Shown piece after piece: positions 18,761 to 27,278 of a stretch of 64,000 nucleotides of DNA. Each line of letters opens with the position of its first letter. The stretch's first letter is position 1. The stretch covers positions 6,742-70,741 of the forward strand of contig CAZGIW010000006.1 of NCBI GenBank assembly GCA_964526285.1, given 5' to 3'. Origin of the DNA: an uncultured Bacteroidales bacterium (GTDB lineage: Bacteria > Bacteroidota > Bacteroidia > Bacteroidales > DTU049). Both the position numbers and the translations under genes were made by a program. The notes beneath the pieces were generated by a model, which was given only the letters and a program-made list of their open reading frames with translations, had not been told where the DNA came from and did not search any database.

Positions 18761-19330
18761 TTGAAAGAGAAAATTGCTCAATTGTCTGATAACGAACTGA
18801 TTACTTTGTACAAGCTGCACAAAGACCGAAACTTGGTTGGCGAACTGTACAAAAGGTATTCTGGTTTTTGCTTTGCTGTGAGCATGAAATATATGAAGGA
18901 TGAAGACGATAGTCAGGATGCCGTGATGAGCGTATTTGAAAAACTCTTTGATTACTTACTGAAACATAATATTGAAAACTTCAAATCATGGCTCTATTCT
19001 GTGGTTAAAAATCACTGCTTGCTTGAACTTCGCAATTCAAAAAGACAAACAAGGCATCATGACGAAGGACAGGTTTCTGAAAATATTATGGAAAACAGAG
19101 CATTTGTGTATCAAGACACCGATGTTTTGCTGGAAGATACATTGCAGGAACTTGAAAAGGCAATTCCCCATCTTTCAAAAGAACAGAGAACATGCATCGA
19201 ACTGTTCTATCTTCATGACAAAAGCTATCAGGAAGTATCAGAAATAACAGGTTATGACATGAAAAAAGTGAAAAGTTATATACAAAACGGGAAAAGAAAT
19301 TTGAAAATAATGTTAGAATCAAATAAATAA
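18761..19330 (+). CDS. ECF-type RNA polymerase sigma-70 factor
   Basis: 189 aa from a TTG start, with no in-frame ATG before region 2. It has region 2 (SWLYSVVKNHCLLELR) and a region 4 HTH (SYQEVSEITGYDMKKVKSYIQNGKRNL). Confidence 0.8.
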   Translation: MKEKIAQLSDNELITLYKLHKDRNLVGELYKRYSGFCFAVSMKYMKDEDDSQDAVMSVFEKLFDYLLKHNIENFKSWLYSVVKNHCLLELRNSKRQTRHHDEGQVSENIMENRAFVYQDTDVLLEDTLQELEKAIPHLSKEQRTCIELFYLHDKSYQEVSEITGYDMKKVKSYIQNGKRNLKIMLESNK

Positions 19331-20379
19331 TGAACAAAAAAATCAGCCACATTTTTTCTTCCTCACATTGTCCTTCCGAAAAGGAATTACTGGATTATGT
19401 GAAAAACAGGCTTGATGCTTCAAAAAAACATCTGGTTGAAGCACATCTTGCCGATTGTGAAATGTGCAGTGATTATGTGGACGGATTATCGCTTTTGCCC
19501 GATGCCGACAAAATTCAGCAAATCACAATTGAGCTGAACAAAAAAATTGATGATGTAGCTGCAAAAAAGCCCAAAGCCCGTTTTTTTAATATGCGCAATG
19601 TAACTGCTGCCGCAGCCGTGCTGACCATACTTGTGGTGGTTACTTTTGTGCTCAATAATCAGTTTAAAAAAACGGAGCGCACAGAAACAGCACAATCAAC
19701 AACTATTTTCGAAGAAGAAGTCGTTGAAGAAACTCTTGAAGGGGAAGATGAACTGGATGAAACAATTGTTAACCAGCAGGAAAAACCCATTTCAGCTACA
19801 TATCCTGAGGAAACTGCCTTACAAACAGGAAATGAAAGAAAAGATGAGCAAACTCCACCAACAACGACATCGATAAAACCGAAAACCACAGGAGAAACAC
19901 AGGTTCAGGATTCAGAAGATAACAATGGCAGAAATGTGGGTTTTGATGAGGTTGATAAAGTTGATGATGCAGTTGCTGATGTAGTTGCTGATGCAGATTA
20001 TTTTTCCACTGTTACTGAAGAGTCTGAACCGAATTTGGAGAGGGAAGATAAACGTGAAGAAGCAAAAGGCGCTTCTACAAAAACAAGAACCACTGAATCC
20101 AAAAAAGCAGAAGTGGTTGAGGTAGAGAGCACATCATCCTCTGTTGCTGAAGCCAATCAGGGTATTCAATTGTATAATGAACATGAATACAATGCTTCTT
20201 TGAAGTATTTTGAAGATGTGTTGCTAAAAAATCCGGGCGACCAGACAGCCCAATGGTATTATGCACTAAACCTCATTGCACTGAAGCGTTATGATGAAGC
20301 AAAAGTTGCACTTAACAGCATCATTCAATCAGGAGGCAAATACAAAAAACAGGCAGAAAAGGAATTGAAAAAGCTGTAG
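19330..20379 (+). CDS. anti-sigma factor (zf-HC2) with TM helix, acidic linker and C-terminal TPR
   Basis: The ATG overlaps the sigma-factor stop by 1 nt. It has a HLADCEMCSDY zinc-finger motif, a single TM helix (AAAAVLTILVVVTFVL) and a TPR-like C-terminus. Confidence 0.65.
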   Translation: MNKKISHIFSSSHCPSEKELLDYVKNRLDASKKHLVEAHLADCEMCSDYVDGLSLLPDADKIQQITIELNKKIDDVAAKKPKARFFNMRNVTAAAAVLTILVVVTFVLNNQFKKTERTETAQSTTIFEEEVVEETLEGEDELDETIVNQQEKPISATYPEETALQTGNERKDEQTPPTTTSIKPKTTGETQVQDSEDNNGRNVGFDEVDKVDDAVADVVADADYFSTVTEESEPNLEREDKREEAKGASTKTRTTESKKAEVVEVESTSSSVAEANQGIQLYNEHEYNASLKYFEDVLLKNPGDQTAQWYYALNLIALKRYDEAKVALNSIIQSGGKYKKQAEKELKKL

Positions 20380-20394
20380 GGATAAAGGTTTTAT

Positions 20395-20431
20395 CAAAAA
20401 AAAGCCATTCAAAACTGAATGGCTTTTTTTT
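20395..20431. terminator. bidirectional rho-independent terminator
   Basis: Stem GCCATTCA (20404-20411) pairs with TGAATGGC (20416-20423) between an A-run and a T-run, between convergent genes. Confidence 0.8.
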
Positions 20432-20449
20432 CTCACAATTTCAGAGTGA

Positions 20450-21412
20450 CTATATCAAACCCTTATCATGTTTAATCTGAATGTTTTTCAGCATATCATC
20501 TGTCATTGCTTCCAGATTATAATCAGGACTCCATCCCCATTCTTCGCGGGCTGCTGTGTCGTCCACATCATTTGGCCATGAATCAGCAATTGCCTGACGG
20601 AAATCGGGTTCATAGTTCACCTCAAATTCAGGAATGCGTTTTTTAATGGCTGCTGCAAGTTCGGCAACACTAAAGCTCATTGCTCCAACATTAAAATCAC
20701 TGTGATGTTTCAGCTTTGAAAAATCGGCCTGCATCAGGTCAATGGTTGATTTAATACAATCGGGCATATACATCATCGGAAGTCTTGTGTCTTCCTTCAC
20801 AAAACAAGTATATTTTTTGTTTTTGATGGCTTCATAATAAATTGCCACTGCATAGTCAGTTGTTCCGCCACCTGGCAAAGTTTCGTGGCTGATGATGCCG
20901 GGATAACGAAGTCCGCGCACATCAAGTCCGTAGCGTCGAACATAATAATCTCCAAGCAATTCGCCTGCAACTTTGGTCAGGCCATACATGGTGGTTGGTT
21001 TAAGTACAGTTTCCTGAGGAGCGCGATCCAAAGGAGTTCCGGGACCAAAAACAGCAATAGAGCTTGGCACAAGCACCTGTTTCATTTTCATTTCACGTGC
21101 AATTTCCAAAACATTGAGCAATCCGTTCATGTTTACATCCCATGCAAGCATTGGGTCCTGTTCGCCTGTGGCGGAGAGAATGGCCGCCATATTGATGATG
21201 ATATTTACATCATATTTTTTACAAACATTGTAAAGATCTTCACGGTTGACAGCATTGAAAAACTCAAAAGGACCTGTTTCCATCACTGCCTGTGATGGAG
21301 CTGTTTTGCGACCTGTTCCGATAACATTGTCATTTCCGTACATTTTGCGCAGTGTAAGAATCAACTCTGATCCAATTTGTCCCGCTGCACCTACAACAAG
21401 AATTTTTTCCAT
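20450..21412 (-). CDS. NAD-dependent epimerase/dehydratase family protein, GalE-like L-threonine 3-dehydrogenase type
   Basis: 320 aa with a Rossmann motif VVGAAGQIGSEL and a YGLTK catalytic Tyr-x3-Lys. Overall it resembles short-chain-type threonine dehydrogenases. A TAAGTTTG -7 box lies on the minus strand at 21452-21459. Confidence 0.7.
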   Translation of the reverse strand: MEKILVVGAAGQIGSELILTLRKMYGNDNVIGTGRKTAPSQAVMETGPFEFFNAVNREDLYNVCKKYDVNIIINMAAILSATGEQDPMLAWDVNMNGLLNVLEIAREMKMKQVLVPSSIAVFGPGTPLDRAPQETVLKPTTMYGLTKVAGELLGDYYVRRYGLDVRGLRYPGIISHETLPGGGTTDYAVAIYYEAIKNKKYTCFVKEDTRLPMMYMPDCIKSTIDLMQADFSKLKHHSDFNVGAMSFSVAELAAAIKKRIPEFEVNYEPDFRQAIADSWPNDVDDTAAREEWGWSPDYNLEAMTDDMLKNIQIKHDKGLI

Positions 21413-21594
21413 AGTTTTTTATTTTTTTTAGGTAATTGTTAATTTTTTTTGCAAACTTACTGTAAATTTTTAAAATTCTGAAAATAATAAGTCGCAAAAA
21501 CCAATTATTAAATGGTCTGATTACAGAAAATTTTAAAGAAGACAATTAAACCACATTGCTGAACATTTACATTGTTATTGATACTTCTATGCAG

Positions 21595-21805
21595 AAATCC
21601 GTTTTATGTGTTTATCGGTGTAGGGTTGCGAGGCGCGTTTCGTTTTAGGTTTTACGTTGTTCGGTTTTTTTTCGTGAGGGGCTCATTCAGACCGGCTTCC
21701 ATGGTTTACATAAAAAATATGGTGTTCACTATCCGAAATCCGTATGCTTAAATTTAGTTTCGTCACACGTAACCGTATAACCTAAAACGCTATTGCAAAG
21801 TTGTG
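21595..21805 (-). ncRNA. candidate structured RNA or small non-autonomous element, copy B (inverted relative to copy A)
   Basis: GC-rich island between two divergent promoters. An 11-bp perfect closing helix forms between CGTTTTAGGTT (21641-21651) and AACCTAAAACG (21779-21789). Blocks shared with copy A are TTGyAATrGCGTTTT..GGTtATACG, ACCATG.GAAGC and CCCTCACG. Confidence 0.35.
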
Positions 21806-21890
21806 TAGTTACGTGTTATTAAAAAAACAAATGTATTTGGAACTTGCAAAAAAATTGTATTTTTGAAAGTTCAATCAATCAGAGGCTATA

Positions 21891-23075
21891 ATGGATTTGC
21901 TGCGACTTTGGAAAATGATAATTGTTGGAGTTTTATTAGTGGCTTATTCAAACAATTCATGTTCGCAAAATCTGGTTGTAAACGGCAATTTTGATTTGTA
22001 TTTTCGTTGTCCCCAATCATATAACCAATACAATAACAATATAAAAGACCTAATTCCCGGATGGGGAACAGTGAACAAATCAACTCCTGATTTCTTTCAC
22101 CGTTGCAGCCAAAACACTGATGTGGGTGTGCCTCAGAATTTTGCAGGGATTATTGAGCCTGTTGACGGAGACGGATATATGGGGATAATTCTCAGGGTTG
22201 ATGAAGAAACATATCCATTTTCTTCTTCATATTCAGAACATATTACAGGCGTACTTGAAACACCTTTGGAAAGAGGAAAATCATATTGTTTTTCATTTTA
22301 CTATGCACTTGCACAGAATTCTGGTATTGTAACCAATACAATTGGGATATACTTCTCTAAAGACAAACCGGTTTTTCAGGATTATGATGAACAATATGGT
22401 TTTCAACCTCAGTTGATATTACATAATGACTCGGTTTTGGGCAGCAGACCCGGATGGAATATATTGTCAGCAGTGTATGTGGCCTCAGGAGGTGAAAAGT
22501 TTTTTACAATCGGAAATTTTCAACCCTTATCACAAAGTACTGCAATGAAAAGAATGCCGGAGGTATACAACGATACGAGATTTTTTGCTTATTACTATAT
22601 TGATGATGTTCGCATGTTTTTGGTTGAGGATGGGCCCTGTTTTGAAGAGGGAGCACTGGTTTTGTCAGCAGTCAGGATCCCCAATTACACAGACACTATT
22701 CAGGAGAATGATAACGATAAATTTAGAATAGGAAGTATTTATACACTGAAAAATCTGCATTTCGATTTTGAAAAAACAGAAATCCGCATTGAAGACAGGG
22801 GAGAGCTGGATGAGTTGATATTGTTTCTTAAGGAGAATTCAAACATACACATAAAGATCATTGGGCACACTGATGCTGTTGGTAATGATGCCTATAATCA
22901 ACTGCTGTCAGAAAGCAGGGCAAAAGCTGTGATGGAATATTTATATGCAGAAGGCATCGCTTTGACGAGAATGGCATATATTGGAAAAGGAAGCAGCCAG
23001 CCCGTTTCGGACAATGAAACTGAACATGGAAGACAACTCAACCGCAGAGTTGAAATTGAGTTTTTTGTGCCATAA
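21891..23075 (+). CDS. OmpA family protein
   Basis: 394 aa with a signal peptide. The C-terminal OmpA domain has IIGHTDAVGNDAYNQLLSESRAKAVMEYL and NRRVEIEF. A TATTTTTG -7 box lies at 21858-21865. Confidence 0.75.
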   Translation: MDLLRLWKMIIVGVLLVAYSNNSCSQNLVVNGNFDLYFRCPQSYNQYNNNIKDLIPGWGTVNKSTPDFFHRCSQNTDVGVPQNFAGIIEPVDGDGYMGIILRVDEETYPFSSSYSEHITGVLETPLERGKSYCFSFYYALAQNSGIVTNTIGIYFSKDKPVFQDYDEQYGFQPQLILHNDSVLGSRPGWNILSAVYVASGGEKFFTIGNFQPLSQSTAMKRMPEVYNDTRFFAYYYIDDVRMFLVEDGPCFEEGALVLSAVRIPNYTDTIQENDNDKFRIGSIYTLKNLHFDFEKTEIRIEDRGELDELILFLKENSNIHIKIIGHTDAVGNDAYNQLLSESRAKAVMEYLYAEGIALTRMAYIGKGSSQPVSDNETEHGRQLNRRVEIEFFVP

Positions 23076-23363
23076 GAACATATTTAAAATGTTTCAATGT
23101 GTTGGGGCTTTGCACTCGCCCCTGCTGACCGTAAGCCGCTGAAAATCCGGCAATTAGACGGCCAACAATAAAGGTTTTAAGTTTGTTGTGCTATTTTGCA
23201 ATACAGTTTCGTTAGTAACTTGTATAGGTTGGATTATGTTGGATTGGACTTGGGATTAGTATAATTTCTCTTCGTTTTTAAGTCGGTTTGTTAATTAAAG
23301 AAACATTATTCCATTATGAAGATGTAGCATCTCTATTTTAAACTAATTTTAAAACAGTGGATT

Positions 23364-26300
23364 ATGAAAGCAGTGGTTTTATTGGCTTTGGCAAACCTGA
23401 TTTTTTTGGTTTCAGGAGCCCAGACAAAAAAGTATCAGAGCTTGCTCTGGGAAATTTCAGGCAATGGACTGAGTAAAAAGTCCTATCTTTATGGAACAAT
23501 GCACGTAAGTGATAGAATTTCTTTTCATTTATCAGATGCATTTTTTGAACATTTGTTAAATTCGGATATTGTTGCCACCGAAGTTGATTATGTTGATTGG
23601 GTAAAGTATGATAATATTCTTGAAATGCCGGATAATTATTATTATGGTGGCGGAAGCAGGGGTTTTTACAGGTCTTTTCATCGATTACCTGTATCAAAAG
23701 ACAACCTGATTAGTATGTTCTATCACCGAAACCGGATGGTTAATTCAATGATGTTTAGAACAGATAATCGCAAAATTGACTATCAGGAAGATACATATCT
23801 TGATATGTTTATTTTTCAAACGGGCAGAAAATATGGAAAGCAAACAACCGGACTGGAAAATCTAAAGGAATCGTGGGCATTGATAAGTTGTCTTTATCAA
23901 GACAGATATCACCAGCCTGATGAACAGTCAATGATTCAAATCAGAAAAATTCTGAAAGGCAGAGAATTCTACGAGGCTGTGAGTGATTTCTACAGAGAGA
24001 AAGACCTTGATATGATAGATTCATTGTATTCTCTTTCAAATTCTGAATTTTACAGAGATATTATGCTATACAGACGCAATCAGATTATGGTAAATTCTAT
24101 GGACTCTCTTATGAAAACAGGAAGTTTGTTTGCCGGAGTGGGTGCCGCACACCTGCCGGGCGAAAATGGAATTATTGAACTTCTGAGAAATATGGGATAT
24201 GTGGTTACTCCTGTAATTAGTGAATATACAGACCAGGGCAGGCAACAGAAAAGAAGTATTGACAATCTTCTTGCAAAACCTGTTATGATGGAATATGTGA
24301 GCACTGACAATATGATATCACTACAAATGTTTGATCAGGTTTTGCATACAAAAAGAAACATTCAAAGCCTTGATCTGGCCAATGGTGGATTTGTCAGCAT
24401 CAAAAGATTGCCTTTGTTGAATTTTCTATCGAAAGATGGAGCAACAGTGAGTCATTTGACATTAGACAGTTTGTTTTTTGAACATATTCCGGGAGAAATT
24501 ATTTCAAAGGAGTTTGTACAAGTAGACGAAATCTATTCTTATTATGACATAAAAAACATTACCAAAACAGGAAATACCCAAAGATACAGGTTTTATTTCA
24601 CCCCTCTTGAAGTTATTGCTGTTTGCATGATAGGGAACGGAGATTATACAAGAATACATGAAGACAACGTTTTTTCTTCCATTGAGCTAAAACAGGCTAA
24701 ATCTGACTGGGAAATATTTACACATCATAAAAACACTTTTGAAGTTGAAGTTCCATCATATTATTGTGCTTATGGAGTGATACCTGCCGAGCCCAAAAAT
24801 TCAAATATTGAGCTTTATGCTATGGATTTATCAAACAATTCGGCTTATTTCATAATTGAAAACTCAATTGAGGACCATCAGTGGATTGAGTATGAATATG
24901 AACTGAAAAGAATTCAGGAAGAGTTTTATATTTTTTTCGATGCAGAGCAACAGGGAGATGTATTGATTGAAAACAAACGATGTTTATCAGAAGCTGTTTT
25001 TGGAGATAAGACAATGGCTCTTCAAACCATAATTAATGTTAACACATATTACCTGATGGGATGTGTTATGTGTGATGAGGAACAACAGCAAAGGTTTTTT
25101 AGTTCATTTTGCTTTACAGATGAGTCACAGCCCGAGAACTACATAACCTATACAGATTTTGAACTGGGTTTTAGCATTGATTTGCCCTTTGAACAAAATG
25201 AAGTACATTTTTTATTGAATTTTGACAAACCAAAGCCACCAATAAAAAAGGATGAAAATCTTTTGCGTAGTCAAAGAAAGAATTTTGTATTTCATTCATC
25301 AGCAAATGATTATGTTGAGTTAAAAACATTCAAATATCATCCCTACAAGAAAATTTCAAGTGTGGACAGTGTTTTCATAGAAATCAGAAAACTCTATCTT
25401 GATGAAGAGCCAAACTGGCTGGACTTTTTAATTGATGAGGATTTTGACCTGAATGTTTTTCTTGAAAATCTTTATTCCAATGATAGAATTTCCAAATCAA
25501 CACTTGGAAACATGCCTTATTTTTCATCCAAAAAAATTGGCCCGGTTACATCCTCCTGGAATCAGTTGCTGAACATTGGAGAAAAAAAGAAAACCCTGCT
25601 TGTTGATGAAAGCAGAAGATGGCACTCAAACGGGGATTATTATACTTATGATTTTATTGTAAATCAGGAAGGATTCAATCAGGCACTAAAAGTTAGGGTG
25701 TTTTTTAAAGACGGATACAGGTTTATTCTTGAAGCTCCTGTGTGTGCAGGTTATCAAAACGACAACGGTTTTATTGAAACATTGTTTGAAACGTTTCAAC
25801 CTGGAAACAAACAGCCGGAGAACTCGGTTTTTGATAATAAGATTGATTTGTTTTTGTCTCATGTTGAAAGTGATGACGAACAAATGCAAAAGTCTGCATT
25901 AAACTCATTTCATTGGATTAGTATTGAGGAAATCACCCGGGAGCAATTGGAAACATTGTTGGAGTTGATGAACAGGCACCAGGGGGAAACAGATTTCATA
26001 GATGAAATTATTGAAAAAGTTGCTCAGCTTGATAACAGCTTTTCGTTTCAAATACTCAGAGAAATATATGAGAAAGAGAATCTGCACAACAGTCTTAGGT
26101 TTTCCATTCTGGAAGAGCTTGCAAGTCTGAAAACAGAAGAATCATATGAACTAATACGCAACTTGATGCAGTTTGAGATTCCATTGACCAATGACACTTA
26201 TCAAATTGACAGATTTTTCAGTGTTTTGGAAAAAGCTCCTCAATTAAGCAATCATATGTTTCCATGGTTGTTTGATTATTTAATTATTGATGAATACAAA

Positions 26301-27104
26301 CAGCCTGTTTTAAATTATTTCAGAAGAACACAGGAGAATATGGAAAATCATATTGTTTTGGACGATCCGATAATTCACACTTTAACCACGATGGCAAATC
26401 TGGAATATATGAGGGTTAGAAGCTGGAAAAACAACAAAATTGCAAATAAAGAATCTTTTTTAAGTCTTTATGTTGCTCCCTCTGTTCGACAGCTAAACAG
26501 TTTTCTTCATATTCTTTTTCCATATTATGATAAAGAGCAAATTTCATGTTGGTGGGAAAAGGCCGAACAACTTGAGGTGGGGTTAATTCTGACAGAGATG
26601 CTACTGATCAAACTTCACAAAAATATTGAGGATAATCTGTTGATTGAAAAGTTGCTTAATTCAAAAGAAACAATGTTTATCACAAGAATAATGCTCAGGA
26701 ATATGCTGCCCGAATATGAACTGTTACCAATTGCACAGGAAGAGCTGGCAAAAACTGCAGCAATTGCACTATATCAGATTGATGAGGAAAAGTTTGATTT
26801 TGAGTTTTTCACACATAAAGATAAATTTGAAAAGGGGAAAACAATCAGATATTTCTTTTTTAAAAGTAAAAAACACGACCTACAATCCTGGGAAAGAGAA
26901 CAAACAATGCTTTTGTGTGTTGGTTTCATTTTGGATGAACACATGATGATAATTGAAGATGCTTTTTATTGTGCAACTCAGAAGAGAATTTTCAACGATG
27001 ACTTTATTCAAGACTACATGGAAGAGATAATTGACAGAAGTTTGAATGAGCATATTATCAGAAGCTCGTTTACCAAAAACAGAAAAGAAGGCTTCTACTA
27101 TTAA
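23364..27104 (+). CDS. TraB/GumN-family domain fused to a ~950-aa uncharacterised C-terminal region
   Basis: 1246 aa with a signal peptide (SGAQ). Residues ~25-290 carry TraB/GumN blocks (LLWEISGNGLSKKSYLYGTMHVSD, GVGAAHLPGENGIIELLRNMGY). I do not recognise the remainder. Confidence 0.6.
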   Translation: MKAVVLLALANLIFLVSGAQTKKYQSLLWEISGNGLSKKSYLYGTMHVSDRISFHLSDAFFEHLLNSDIVATEVDYVDWVKYDNILEMPDNYYYGGGSRGFYRSFHRLPVSKDNLISMFYHRNRMVNSMMFRTDNRKIDYQEDTYLDMFIFQTGRKYGKQTTGLENLKESWALISCLYQDRYHQPDEQSMIQIRKILKGREFYEAVSDFYREKDLDMIDSLYSLSNSEFYRDIMLYRRNQIMVNSMDSLMKTGSLFAGVGAAHLPGENGIIELLRNMGYVVTPVISEYTDQGRQQKRSIDNLLAKPVMMEYVSTDNMISLQMFDQVLHTKRNIQSLDLANGGFVSIKRLPLLNFLSKDGATVSHLTLDSLFFEHIPGEIISKEFVQVDEIYSYYDIKNITKTGNTQRYRFYFTPLEVIAVCMIGNGDYTRIHEDNVFSSIELKQAKSDWEIFTHHKNTFEVEVPSYYCAYGVIPAEPKNSNIELYAMDLSNNSAYFIIENSIEDHQWIEYEYELKRIQEEFYIFFDAEQQGDVLIENKRCLSEAVFGDKTMALQTIINVNTYYLMGCVMCDEEQQQRFFSSFCFTDESQPENYITYTDFELGFSIDLPFEQNEVHFLLNFDKPKPPIKKDENLLRSQRKNFVFHSSANDYVELKTFKYHPYKKISSVDSVFIEIRKLYLDEEPNWLDFLIDEDFDLNVFLENLYSNDRISKSTLGNMPYFSSKKIGPVTSSWNQLLNIGEKKKTLLVDESRRWHSNGDYYTYDFIVNQEGFNQALKVRVFFKDGYRFILEAPVCAGYQNDNGFIETLFETFQPGNKQPENSVFDNKIDLFLSHVESDDEQMQKSALNSFHWISIEEITREQLETLLELMNRHQGETDFIDEIIEKVAQLDNSFSFQILREIYEKENLHNSLRFSILEELASLKTEESYELIRNLMQFEIPLTNDTYQIDRFFSVLEKAPQLSNHMFPWLFDYLIIDEYKQPVLNYFRRTQENMENHIVLDDPIIHTLTTMANLEYMRVRSWKNNKIANKESFLSLYVAPSVRQLNSFLHILFPYYDKEQISCWWEKAEQLEVGLILTEMLLIKLHKNIEDNLLIEKLLNSKETMFITRIMLRNMLPEYELLPIAQEELAKTAAIALYQIDEEKFDFEFFTHKDKFEKGKTIRYFFFKSKKHDLQSWEREQTMLLCVGFILDEHMMIIEDAFYCATQKRIFNDDFIQDYMEEIIDRSLNEHIIRSSFTKNRKEGFYY

Positions 27105-27225
27105 TCCGGATTTGGAAACAAACAAGATTCCCATGAGATTATGGAATGGCACTAAATAATCAGAGGTGGTGTAAATTTTTTGGTCATTTTCTTCAAATCA
27201 TATGCTCTGTTTGCAAAGATTTTCA

Positions 27226-27233
27226 TAATTTTG
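27226..27233 (+). promoter_or_regulatory. Bacteroidota -7 box (TAATTTTG)
   Basis: It lies 46 nt upstream of ATG 27279. Confidence 0.5.
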
Positions 27234-27278
27234 CAAACTCTTGAAGAAAATGACTTAAAAATTTGAATATCAAACATT

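Noticed and set aside
23101-23160. GGGGC...GCCCC hairpin and GGGGCT start as a tmRNA 5' end or a terminator of the OmpA-family gene.
   Set aside because: There is no tRNA-like acceptor/T-arm partner or tag ORF downstream and no T-tract after the hairpin. It is left as part of the unexplained spacer.
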